Of a DNA stretch of 64,000 nucleotides, positions 51,124 through 63,387 are shown piece after piece. The number at the start of each line of letters is the position of its first letter. The stretch's first letter is position 1. The position numbers and the translations under genes were made by a program. The stretch is taken from positions 5,332,001 to 5,396,000 of the forward strand of contig NW_026262582.1 in assembly GCF_021869535.1 (NCBI RefSeq), given 5' to 3'. The notes under the pieces are model-generated. The model had not been told where the DNA came from, ran no database searches, and saw nothing but the letters and a program-made list of their open reading frames with translations. The DNA comes from Mytilus californianus (Eukaryota).

Positions 51124-51690
51124 TTCAAACTCATAAGTCGAAAACAAACTGACAAACTGATAAAAAAAACTCTTAAGAGAAAGGCGAATGATACCAAAGG
51201 AACATTTAAACGCATAAGTCGAAAACAAAAAGACAAACTGATAAAAAAAAACTCTTAAGAGAAAGGCGAAAGATACCAAAGGGACATTCAAACTCATAAG
51301 TCGAAAACAAACTGATAAAAAAACTCCTAAGAGAAAGGAGAAAGAAACCAAAGGAACATTCAAACTCATAAGTCGAAAACAAAAAGACAACCTGATAAAA
51401 AGAAAAACTCTTAAGAGAAAGGCGAAAGATACCAAAGGGACATTCAAACTCATAAGTCGAAAACAAACTGATAAAAAAAAACTCTTAAAAGAAAGGCGAA
51501 AGATTTCAAAGGGACATTATAACTCATAAGTCGAAAACAAACTGATAAAAAAAAACTCTCAAAGAGAAAAGCGGAGAGACCAAATGGACATTCAAACTAA
51601 TAAGTCGAAAAAACAAACTGAACACGTCATTGCGAAAACATGAAAAACGACCATAAGACAAACAACAGTACACAACACAGACAATAGCAA
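51124..51690 (-). repeat. 72-84-bp tandem array made of the Penelope-like 3' terminus, 7 units
   Basis: ATAAGTCGAAAA at 51133, 51214, 51296, 51368, 51452, 51526, 51600; the unit matches the terminus at 19030-19090 and 22870-22933. Confidence 0.85.
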
Positions 51691-54600
51691 CTTTTCTATT
51701 GGAAGGAAGTCTTTACATACTAGATCAGCGACAGAACATTTTATGTAGTTTTTCTTTTAGTCGTCAATCAAGCCTGCAATTAAAACAGTTCTAAAAATAA
51801 AACAATGAGACTAGATTGAAATTATAATCACTTCGTCAATCACAAAGCATACCAAAGCACGATTAACGAGAATTAAGAATGAGACACTGACGTCAAATTA
51901 ATTGTTAAATACGAAAATAGAAATATGTGATTTTTAATGAGACAACTATCCACCAGGGTGTACCACAGAACACAGAACGAGGATGTTAACAGCTATAGGT
52001 CACAGTACGACAATTATACATTAGCCATTTATAACAAAAATAATAAAACGCAAGACTATCAATCAATAAAGCCGACAACTGGTATGTCTTTATGTTTGTT
52101 TCGATCTATTTAAGTCTACATTATTCGAAATTTTATCTAAGAATTTAACATCGTTGACATAGTATGTTCCGAAACAAAGAATACAAATTGTTTTTTTATT
52201 TTTACCATAAATCAGAATATTGTTTTTCTCTATTGAATTAATTAAAAATTAGTCTCACCGAGGCCTTTTTTAGCATTCTATACGGTATTAGCTGTTTATA
52301 TCCTCCTCATTTGATACCTAGTGGATATCTGTCTACTTGGGAATCATACCACATCTCCTTGTTGAAGAGGGTATCGTATGACTATTGTCGATGCAGTTTT
52401 CACAGCTTTGGATTAATTACTTATTCTCTTTATTTTGTTATAATGTTATGTAAGCCATTTCTGGTGATGATGGTGAATAGTTGTCTCATTGACAATCATA
52501 CCACATCTCCTGCTGCTGCTGCTGCTGAAGAAGAGAAGTAGGAGGAGGAGGAGGAGGAGGAGGATTGAAGATTTTCTCACTTACATTACTACTTGTTTGC
52601 TATTGTGAATAAAAGGAGCTGTGGGGTATACGTAAATGAGACAGCAATTTAAGGTTATAAATATCCAACAACCACTTTTAATCTATTTTGTAGATTGGTT
52701 AGTATATGTTTGACTTATTTATTTCCACTCTTAACTGTTTGTACCGTTCTCCTTAATTCCGTACATTTATATAAATATTCTAAACCACGGAGTGTCACTG
52801 TCCAACACATGGATGTTTATATCTTACACCATTTTTGAAAATTGACGAGAATTTCGTCAAATCTTTAACTGGCTATCGGTACGATAGGTAACGTGGATCA
52901 AAATATATTGTACATGACTGCAAATCTATTGAATTGCAGTGGTTATAAGAAACACAGGCAACAATCTGCTTTTTGATAAACGAGAAGCCAAAACAATTGT
53001 TTTAATGTCAATCGAAAACACAGATTATATTGTATCGGTCGTAACGATATCAGGTAATAGAGTGACTGTGTTCGTACATCTCAGGGATTTGTACAGCGGA
53101 TATCAAATTTTACTGGCACAACATCTATCGAACACTGTAACACTAGAATCAAATGACAATGATTCAGTGTACATACTGTTCCGTACATTGTTTTGGTGTC
53201 CGTAATTAATACTAGTACTGCTTGGTATATTTTTTTTTTTGGAGAACAAAATTTCAGAAGGTGACTTTAATATCCGGAGAAAGGAGATACATATATCAGA
53301 GCTGTATTTTTTCGATCAAAATTATCATGGACGGAAGGATGGACTCCCCAATCACTATAACCTTGAAAAACGGGTGTATAATTAATAAGCGTCTGCGTCT
53401 GATTCAAATAAATGTATAACCTATTACGACAATTCAAAATCTATATACAGAGGATCCCTTGACATGCAATTAATACTTAACACACATATTCAGTGCGACA
53501 TAGTTCGTAGAGCTAATTGTCCTTTTTTGTGTGTTTATGCTATGGTAATGTTTAAAAAGAGGATTATAGAGAATGTAGTATTCATTTGTGTATAATTCAT
53601 TGCAATCATATGTGATAACATTTATATCTATTTTCTAAAAATTGCTTGTTGGTGTGGTGTACTTGCCACCAACCCCAAAGTCAGCTGTGTATGAGAAATA
53701 CATTCATTTGTGGGGTTCGTGTTGCTCGGTGTTGGGTTTTGTGTGCTGTTGTTTGTCTTTTCATGGGTTTTTTTTTTTTTATGGCGTTAAGAATTTTATT
53801 CAATTGGTATATTTCGATAAAATTGAGAATGGAAATGTAGTACAGAATAATCATTTTTGAAAGGAAAACAGCTTTAAAATGTACCAGTGTGTTAGGTACA
53901 CCAATTAAAAATTACAGTGTGAAAATCATTTGTGCAGACATATACGCCTTTGTCCACATTTTAAGATGTCATCTACAAATAAACTTTAATATTATTTTTC
54001 AAGGAAAGGTAACTGTATACTATTCAACTAAGTGAAAATAGTATTGATTAAATGTTCAATAGTAAACTATACATTTTCGTCTTAAAAACATACATACCAT
54101 TTGATGTTTTTTTTTTCGACTGAGTTTTAAGAAAAGTGTTTTCGTCTGATGTTTCGATTGTTGCTAAGTAACCGGTATGGGCTTTACATGCACACTGTAA
54201 TGAGAAAAATATTTTTTAAAAACGTAAGTCTAAGAGTTTAGTAAAAATAAAAAAACCAAAGCAGAAAACATTACCTTTCTTTGGTGAAGAGGGTTCACAA
54301 CAAATTTGACAGTTGTTGCCCCTATGATCCATTATTTCATTAGTCTGTTATCCTATTTTTGTATTTGATACTTAGGAGGCGAAAAGTCACTAATGCTTAT
54401 AAATGGATATGTTTTGTAGTTTGCAAACAAAACCTTAAAACATGTCTGTTCTTATATTGTGCTATTACACCACTGTCCCATGTCTGAGAAGGGTTGGAGC
54501 GCACGCAAAAATATTTGACCTGAAACATTCTCAATGTGTCTGTCCAAAGTCAAGAGCCTGTAATTCAGCAATTGTCGTTACTTAGTGTATATCATATTTG

Positions 54601-56078
54601 TTTTTCGTTCATTTTTTATACACAAATCAGAACGTAAGTTTTCTTGTTTGAATTGTTTTAGATTTGTTATTTTGGGGCCTTTCATAGCTTGCTATGCGGT
54701 ATGGGTTTTGCTCATTGTTGAAGGCCGTACGGTGACCTTTCGTTACTAACATTCTACATCATTTGGTCTCATTGGGAACCACACCAAATATTCTATTTTT
54801 ATAGTAATTCTTATCTCCGGGAAATGATTAACCATAAGACTAAGTACAGAATTCGAAAGAATTTGAGTTAAAAAAACAAACCTTCAAGTAAGCTATTAAA
54901 ACAAGTCTCGTTATAAGATGTCATTGATCTACTTTACCATACTTACAGATGCGTCATACCAGTTTAATAGATGCTTGAAGAAACCATAACAATGTCCATT
55001 ATAAGGTATCCATCCATGTGGGCATTTTGGTAATAGAAGACCATCAACTATAGAAAGGCTCTTATATTATTATATTGAAATTAAGGTAGACCGGTTGTCT
55101 TTTTCTGAGCATCATTTCTTCGCAAGGTGCCAAACAAATTGTTTGGTTTGCAAGTATGTTACCAAGTACATAGTGTATCATTTTATATACTAGAAAAAAA
55201 CATCTAAAACTTGAAATTAAAAGATCAGAAATTGAATTTTAACCAAATCGTTCATTTAATGTGTCCTCAACGAGGAAAAATGAAGTTTCCCTCGTATTAC
55301 CCATTTAAAATAACTGTGCTTTCGCTAATTTCAATGTATTTTAACGAAAGGAATAATTGTGTCCGTGACCCGAACTTTTTATATTGAAATTTGAAAGTCC
55401 AATGACCCAAAACTCTCTTACAGAATTTTAAGAATAAATTTATTGTCGAACATTTAGACACGTTATGACACCTATTATATAATAAGTATCTTTCTAGTCA
55501 AATCTGGTATTTAAGTTATGACCCATCAATCATTTAGATTAACATAAGGCCATTTTGTTTTATAAATAAATGTTATTTACATCATTTTGAAAATGCTGAT
55601 TCAATGGCAGAGAAATTCATAAGATTCTAGTTTAACAAATTAAAAACAACATTGTAAAATAGATGTACGAGTTTGGTTAATATTATTTAGATTTTCGATT
55701 GAAGTTACTCATCTATTAACACAATTTACACATCATAATAATATATGATATGTCTTACAATAAACACATAGCACTATCAACACATGTCCAAACAATTACA
55801 TGATTTAACAGAAATTCTGTTTGTCCTTCGTATGGTCAGATACAATTTAATGACCTTGTTCAACCTATATAATCATTATGTCTTCCAAAGATAACCTGTG
55901 TTAGTGTCATTAGGACCCAGACAAATTCATCTGGACGTACTGTAAATTTAGAAACTTTTTGTGCGTATTTAATATTATGATACAATGGACAAGAATAACA
56001 GATTAGTTAGTTTTATTTAAGGAAATGTTGCATACAAAGAATGCGATTTTTTATTTTTGCAAAACCTATCCCGTCGCA

Positions 56079-56640
56079 ATCTCAGGTGCTCCGGAAGTGT
56101 AAGCAGATTCTGCTCCACATGTGACACCCGTCGTATTGCACATGTTAGTACAAACCCGGTGATAAGTCTAATTTGGTAGGTCACATTCGGGGAAAGGGGA
56201 CGGAACATATCCGTTGCCACAAGTGAAACGGATATTCCATATCGGTCAACCAACTCGTGGAGGCGTCCGTAAAATTTACGAAGGGACAATTTCAACTTCA
56301 CAACTTGGAACTCTTGGTTTAATAGCTTTCTTGTGAGCAACAACCCTCTATCAAGGAAATCATGATAGGAAATACAAGCCCTGAAATATCGTATCAACTG
56401 GGAGATATATACTCCGAATGCAGGCGCTACTGGAATGTTGCTACATAGAAATGGAAAGGTCATAATTGGGAAGCTGAAATCGCCTCTATTGTCGTAAAGT
56501 TTTGTTTTCAACCGACCCTCATTGTCAATTTCTAGATATCAGTCCAGATATGAGGCAGACTTAACTGTATATGTTGTGTCCTCAATCTCAAGTTCGATGG
56601 GATTGATGCGTTCAACAAAGTCACCAAATTTTGAATTATT
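56079..56640 (-). mobile_element. Penelope-like retroelement, 5'-truncated RT C-terminal fragment (best-preserved copy)
   Basis: NNSKFGDFVERINPIELEI...KTKLYDNRGDFSFPIMTFPFLCSNIPVAPAFGVYISQLIRYFRACISYHDFLDRGLLLTRKLLNQEF...KFYGR. It lies about 190 bp past the cGLR-C stop. Confidence 0.8.
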
Positions 56641-57015
56641 TACTTTAACAATCAAAGTAAAATTGTACTCGTTACAAAGAAATATATTATACACATACAA
56701 AGTATTTCCCATAGTATTTTTTACATTATTTACAGAATCTGCAAAGAAACATGATTTAGTACAGCTTTTGGTTCACATTTCAAAAACTCAAAGTAACATA
56801 TATATTGAATTAGTCATTGACATATCAGTATCAGAAGACACAAGATAATCTTAATGCTGCACTGGTTAAATTATTCTTATCAAGCATAGCAGTTTGTTGA
56901 TATAATTGTCTAGCAATGTTAGTCTCACTCATTAACTGGTGAGCCATGCCACAAAAAATTGGTGAATACATGAATCTGATTGTTTCAAAAGCTGTTAAAT
57001 TTAATATCGATGTTA

Positions 57016-59078
57016 TATATGTAGGACTCAAATCTATGGTTGGTTCCAGATCTATGGCAAATTTCTGCAAATTTCTAATCTATGGTAAATATGATGTCAC
57101 AAACGCCAAACAAATCACAAATCTATGGCAGTATTTTGTTTTCTCCAAATCTATGGCAGATTTGGATACTACGTAATTTTCCGTCACAATTAAATAACGT
57201 CATGGACTACAAATTTTCACTTCAGCGTACTATGAACATCAAAATTATTTCATTTCTCCTTCAATACTGTTCTTGCACCTGTACAGGAAGTTTTATCTAG
57301 CACTAATTGTATAGTTTTATTGTTGATATTCACCCCATATGTACCAAGAGTTAGATTAGTTTCATTGATATTAAAGAAATTTCTTGGTATTCCTAAACGG
57401 AAGATTTTATACACACAGAAGAAGTATACTTAACAACCAAATTTTTTTTCATTTACCTGTGTATAATTTGACGCAGGTTTTTTCAAAAGTGAAGATTTTC
57501 TAAATATGGTTTAACATTTCACAGTGGTATCATACTTTAACTTTGTTTAAACCTGTTAATTACTTTTGACCTTAATTATTTATCCCTTATAATTTTTATT
57601 AACTATGTATTTGCATTCAGGTATCACAGATCAAATTTATTCGTTCATTGTGTGTTAATTTACGTTTTTTTATTGAGTTAAGCCTTCCAATTGATATTTT
57701 ATAGTATGTCTTTCTATGTTGTGATGTTATACTATTGTTTCAGAAAAGGGAGAAGGTTTAGTACCATTAAAACGTTTAATCCCGCTGCAAATGTTTGCAC
57801 CTGTCCTAAGTCAGGAATCTGATGTACAGTAGTTGTCGTCTGTTTATGTAGTTCATATATACGTGTTTCTCGTTTCTCGTTTTTATATAGATTAGACCGC
57901 TGGTTTTCCCGTTTGAATGGTTTTACACTAGTAATTTTTGAGGCCCTTTATAGCTTGCTGTTCGGTGTGGGCCAAGGCTCCGTGTTGAAGGCCGTACCTT
58001 GACCTATAATGGTTTACTTTTATAAATTGTTACTTGGATGGAGAGTTGTCTCATTGGCACTCATACCACATCTTCCTTTATCTGTGTAACGTCGAAGCTG
58101 CCGCTGACGACGACGGTTTGTTATACAAAAGGAAAAGAAAAAGATCGAAAAGCAAGTTTACAAGGATCCAAATTAATAAATAAATTATAATTTAGAATTT
58201 TGTTTGTTTCTACCCTTGTTTTCTTCTTCTCGTGTTGCTGGTGTTGGCAGCACCCTTAATTGTACGAGTTTTTACCGTGCATTTTGGTTTGCTGTTTTGT
58301 CTTTTTATGCTATTTTTTGTATTCCTATGATCTCTTTAATTTTCTGTAAGAAGTAACACAACATAAAGTATTTTGTCAGCTATATAACAGTGACTACCTG
58401 TACTATTGTAGCAAATAATCTTTCTTGAGATTTGGAAAAAATAAATATGACATAGATTTCTAATAGATATTAATATCGTTTTCCGCTATAAATATGTCGA
58501 ATAACTGTACTGTTGGAGAAATAAGGATTTTTTTTTATATAGTCACGTGTTTGAGGCGAGTCATTGTTCATTAAAGGAATTAAATCGTCATCAGTCCAAC
58601 AAGATTTATATTATTCAACGCTCAAATAGATATTACTAGTAGTTTAAAATTCAAACTGCCTTTTTGTTGTTAAAGGTCTTGGTTAAATAAAGGGTCACAC
58701 AGGTACTATGCACAGAGTAGGAAATAATTATTCTTCCGGGCACATGATTTCAACCCTAAAGTCTGTGTCCACTTTACAACCGGTTATGGATATGCTTCCT
58801 AGTAATAGTCCTAATTTGTTTTTCTTATACTGGTTTTTACTTAAAAGCAGCTCTTTTGCTTCCTTTGGACATTTCGACCTCGAAATCATTGGTCAGATAA
58901 GTACTGACTGGTCCGACCTTTGCAGAAAATCTGTCATAGATTTGAAATCTAGAAATCCGCCATAGATTAGGACATTAAACAAATTGCCTTAGATTAGGAA
59001 TGGCATGACGTCATATTTACCATAGATTAGGAATCTGCCATAGATTTGGAACCCGCCATAGATTTGAGTCCTATATAT
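57016..59078 (-). mobile_element. Second copy of the AATCTATGG foldback element, inserted in cGLR-C and carrying a nested younger repeat
   Basis: TATATGTAGGACTCAAATCTATGG ... CCATAGATTTGAGTCCTATATAT; splits the cGLR-C coding remnant. Confidence 0.85.
57386..58083 (-). mobile_element. Young interspersed repeat, long form, nested in the foldback element
   Basis: Collinear with 8631-9328; absent from the sister foldback copy at 5933-7331. Confidence 0.8.
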
Positions 59079-61196
59079 ATTTTAATTAAATACCGATTTT
59101 AGATTTTTAAATAATGTCTGCTTGATGTAATTTCCTGGAGATGGTAGGAACATAAGAAACTTAAGAAATTTGCAAATGGCAAAGGATGCATGTACGCATG
59201 GTTGTCTGTAACAACTAATTGTAATTCTAATGGAATTATTGATGACTTCCTGTGAACTGTAACAGCTTCAATTGTTATTGCTTTTAAAACTGTATACAGT
59301 TTTTCCTTTTCCATGAGGTTCAGCTCAATAATGTCATCTTTGTGTTGCAGCAATGCATAATTGATTACACGTAATGAGGCAAAGTAATTTTTATGAACAT
59401 AGAAGAAGGAAGCCAACAGCAGCCATCCTGATATTGCATCTGAATGTAATCCTATCACTGATTGAGATCATATTTGTACTTGACGTATTGTTGCTTGTTT
59501 TCTGAGCTATATAGATATTATGAAGCTTCTGAAACAATCCAATACGCCTTATACCTTAAATATAGAATTAATATTCATTATATCTAAATCACTGCCTTTA
59601 AGTCAAGTTCGTCTGCTTTACTTCCGCTATACTAGTATATTAATTGCAATTTATTGATGTGTCCAATTTCAAGAATATTAAAGTTCAACCTCTTAGTTTG
59701 CACAACCTCTTCAGATCCAATTTTCTTACATAGATATTTGTAAATATTTAACGATTCACATTTCTCTGAAGATATTCTTACCATGTCAATCTACAAAATA
59801 GGTTATCATCAACTATTGATAAAAGTAGCAATTACTTCTTATTTTACAATGCAAAAAAATAATAATAATATTGAACTGCAGTTGTTTTTAACCTGATTTA
59901 TTTACTAATTGAGCAACTGACAGTAGAGTCAAAAGAATCAGAGGTAGTTATCATTCAAATCACTTTGTCGGGAAATCCAGTATAAGGTTTGTGAGAAAAA
60001 AATTGATATGGATTAAGATGGAAAATAGATCTATTTGAGTGACAACATATCTCATGTGTTTCATGCCTTGCCTATGATAATAGGGGTACATCATAATTTC
60101 TAGTCGATGTGTTTGTTCTTTCATTCGTTCTAGCGGTATCAGGTTAATGTTTAATTTGAAACAGTCAGGATTCAACTTCGTCAAAATTATCTCCCCATTA
60201 CGTCACCGTAAAAATGGAAGCCATTGTAGGGATGACACGCTGTCAAGTTAGCTTTTGAAACCCGAAAAATTTATCCGTATCATTATGATCCTTATATCAC
60301 AGTTGTATGTTTAAAAGACAAATGTATCTACTAGCTACTAAGCATCGTTTAATGTACCTTCAGGTCTTTAGTCAACATAAAACTATTGTCTGATCGGTTG
60401 TCAGAGGGGATTTTCTAAAGTTCTCAAACACTAAAAATAATCTAATTAAATATTTCGCGGAAGGGCAGACTTAAATATTTTATAAGTTGACGATTAACTA
60501 CCATAGATAATACACAAACAAAAAATGAAATTTGTTTGAAGTTATGTATTTTTAAGATTCACTTAAAAAGTCTGTCGACAAGTACTGTTAGTTAAATTTG
60601 TTATTCAAACACACCTACTCTATTGTTATGACTCACCAGAAAGGTATTTCACTTGACCCACATATTTCTCTTTTTAGTACTGTGATTTTTTAAAATGTAA
60701 TTATATCAACCTGTAGCCTGAACATATAAAAATAATAGAACCTGAAGCGATATGTATTAAATATACGTTTTCAAGTACAAATAGTCAGATCAAACACGAC
60801 TGAACATAAAAAGGTGTACTCGACATTCTATTTTCGATGAAATTATTGCCCATTTTTAAAAAGATCAATCTTTATCTTTCTATTGATTTTGTTTTTGGCG
60901 GAATCTATGCTTATGCACAAAAAAGATCCAAATGTATTTGCATCTACCACAATCGACTGTTTTGTGGAAATTTGTCTTTAATTTAAAAGTGTACAAATAT
61001 CTCCAAGCTTCATACTATTATTTAAGTAAAAACACGTGTATAAAATGCATACAATCCTAAATTATGCGCCTACATTAAACTTTTAAAACCCATAGAAACT
61101 GATGTAAACAATTCAAATATTCCAACTTGGCCTTTTTTACCTTCTCTTATAAAGAGTTCCATTTCTTTTGTTTAAATTCTACTGGATATCAGCCTG

Positions 61197-62170
61197 GAAC
61201 GAGCAACACGAAGCCCATCAAAAATCGGGGGTAATCGCAGGTTCTCCGTAAGGGTAAGACAGTTTGGTCATATTCGTCACCCGTCGTGGTAAAGAACTTA
61301 GTGGTGATACGTCAGTTCTAGTTCGGAACTAAGTCTAATTCGGTAAAGTTGCATTCGTTGAAAAGGGGACGTGATTGTGGTTACGACAATTTAAACATAT
61401 CAGTCATCATCTGCGAAACAGATATTCCGTAACCGTTAACCAACTCGTGATAGCGTCTGTGACATTATCTAAATAATGACTTCAACCTTTGCACTTGAAA
61501 ACCCTGTGTTAATATCTTCCTTGAAAGCAGGAAACCCTTTACAAATGAATCATGATAGGAAATGCAAACTCTTGAATATCGTATCGACTAAGAGATTTAT
61601 ACTCCATATGCAGGCGCTGCTGGAATGTTGCTACATAGAAATGAAAAGTTCCCAATCTCTTCTGTCGTAACATTTTGTTCCCAACCAACACTTATTGTCA
61701 ATGTCTAGATGTTAGTCAAGAAATGAAGCAGACTTAACTGTATCCGTTATATCCTTTATTTTAAGTTCGATGGAATAGAAGCTTTCAACATATTCACCAA
61801 ATTTTTAATTATTTGGTGAGTGGACACCATCTATATAACGGTACGTAAAGTTTAAGGATAATGCTATCTTCATTTCATTCTTCATAAGAAGCTGCCGTAT
61901 GAAGTCTAACTCGTATGAATAAAGAAACAAGTCAGAAAGAAGAAGAGCAAATTTGGTTCAATGGAAATGCCGATTGTTTTTTAAAAACACGTCCTCAATA
62001 CGTAACAAACATGTCGTTAACCAACAAATCAGGCATCTTTATAATGTCAACTTTAGAGAAGTTTTTCGTTAAACGAGAGTTGTTATTTGTCCCTCCCTGG
62101 TTAGATAGTGTAGAATTAATCTGTAGTCGCATCAACTTTAAACTTTTTTTAGACGTTCATTATGATATAA
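61197..62170 (-). mobile_element. Degenerate Penelope-like RT fragment in the cGLR-C intron
   Basis: Minus-strand remnants of GIPMG-like, DLFLYSYELDFIRQLL and YRYIDG (RYIDD catalytic motif) followed by the same thumb region as 56079-56640. Confidence 0.8.
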
Positions 62171-62579
62171 ACTTTTTAATTTATTATGCTAGGTAAGGCT
62201 TTGACTTAGATTTCACAGTTCATTGTACATGGAAATGTGATAGTGCGAGCAAAGCATGGTATCAAATGGGCACATATGCTTGTTATGTACATACATCAGG
62301 CCGTTAGTTTTATCGTTTGAATTGTTTTACATTTGTCATTTCGGGGCCTTTTAAAGCTGACTATGCGGTAAGGGCTGTGCTCATTGTTGAAGGCCGTACG
62401 GTGACCTATAGATGTTAATTTCTATATCATTTGGTCCCTGGTTGAGAGTTGTCTCTTTGGATATCATACCACATCTTCTAATTTTGATAATGGTTTCATT
62501 ATGGAAAAGGAATAAAAGATGATAGAAATATTGTTTATGTAACATGTCTTGGGAAAGGTAAAACCAACACGATTTAACA

Positions 62580-63330
62580 TTTATAATTTCTAAACTTCTT
62601 ACCTTTAAGTCTCTTTCCATTTACTTATTTAAAATTTAGTTATTATTTTCAATCTCTAAAATTCTGTTTAACTTTGAATAACTTTTTATGACTATATCCT
62701 ATATATTGTACACATTGGTTCAATGTTCTGAAAGTAAATGACTGAACTATATGTATATACGTGACTTTATATAGTCTTGTATATTCTTTCTGGAGGAAGT
62801 GAATAACTCTAAGTTTTCAAAACAATAATGGAAATGTTCAGTAGATGAAAACTTTAAAATGAAACCAAAAATATAGGATGTTTTATTTCTCTTTTGCAGT
62901 GTTAGCAAGAACAGGGAAACTCTTTATAAGGAAATAAAAGATTTAATGTTTTTAAGTTCCTTTATTTACTTTCGTATGAGTATCTCCATTTCCTAGAAAT
63001 GACATTACTACTTTATATGAAGTTATAATTTAAAACTAAAATTTTCACTTATATTTCTTTGAAATCTTCATTGTCAAATTGTTTAGATTTTAGAGAATGG
63101 GCATTGATAGTACATACTATTTCAGCTCACAAAATACGTTTTCAGTAACAATGTTATCAGCTTCAAATTTTAGGCATAGATTAGAGTAAAACTTTACACA
63201 GGATATTTTTTGTAGTAACAACTGTTTGTGTTTGAATATTTAAAAATAGAGTCGAAGGGTACCAAGGGGACATTTAAAACTCAAAAATTAAAAAAAACTG
63301 TATATGCCATGGTTAAAAAAAAGAAGGTAA
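62580..63330 (-). promoter_or_regulatory. Putative promoter and non-coding first exon of cGLR copy C
   Basis: TATATAAA at 62773-62766; donor AG|GTAAG at 62603/62602, which could splice to the acceptor at 59791; paralogous to 1240-2300 and 15810-16420. Confidence 0.6.
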
Positions 63331-63387
63331 ATGACAAAAAGACAAACAAGTCTAAAAAATTTAAAACATTACGTTTAATAATTTCAT

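Larger units (their letters stand above)
56831..59784 (-). pseudogene. cGAS-like/Mab-21 (cGLR) pseudogene, copy C; internally deleted and interrupted by a 2-kb TIR element
   Basis: 59784 ATG: MVRISSEKCESLNIYKYLCKKIGSEEVV...SGSKADELDLK/(fs)GSDLDIM. Then ENKQQYVKYKYDL/(fs)IGLHSDAISGWLLLASFFYVHKNY...FANFLSFLCSYHL (59099-59458). After the insertion: CGMAHQLMSETNIARQLYQQTAMLDKNNLTSAALRLS* (56831-57015). This is the helical/TPR-like C-terminus seen in bivalve Mab-21 proteins. Acceptor TTTTGTAG lies 6 nt before the ATG. Confidence 0.85.

Noticed and set aside
51070-51466. ORFs of 127 and 86 aa with repeated peptide motifs
   Set aside because: They are translations of the 72-84-bp tandem array; frames shift with unit length.
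52311-52563. ORF ending PAAAAAEEEK and the adjacent (GGA)n
   Set aside because: Repeat fragments plus trinucleotide microsatellites; no coding support.
56511-56560. In-frame TGA in the Penelope RT (LD*YLEIDN) as selenocysteine
   Set aside because: The homologous codon in the 61197 copy is TAA, both are one step from Leu TTA, and no SECIS was recognised; simple decay is more likely.
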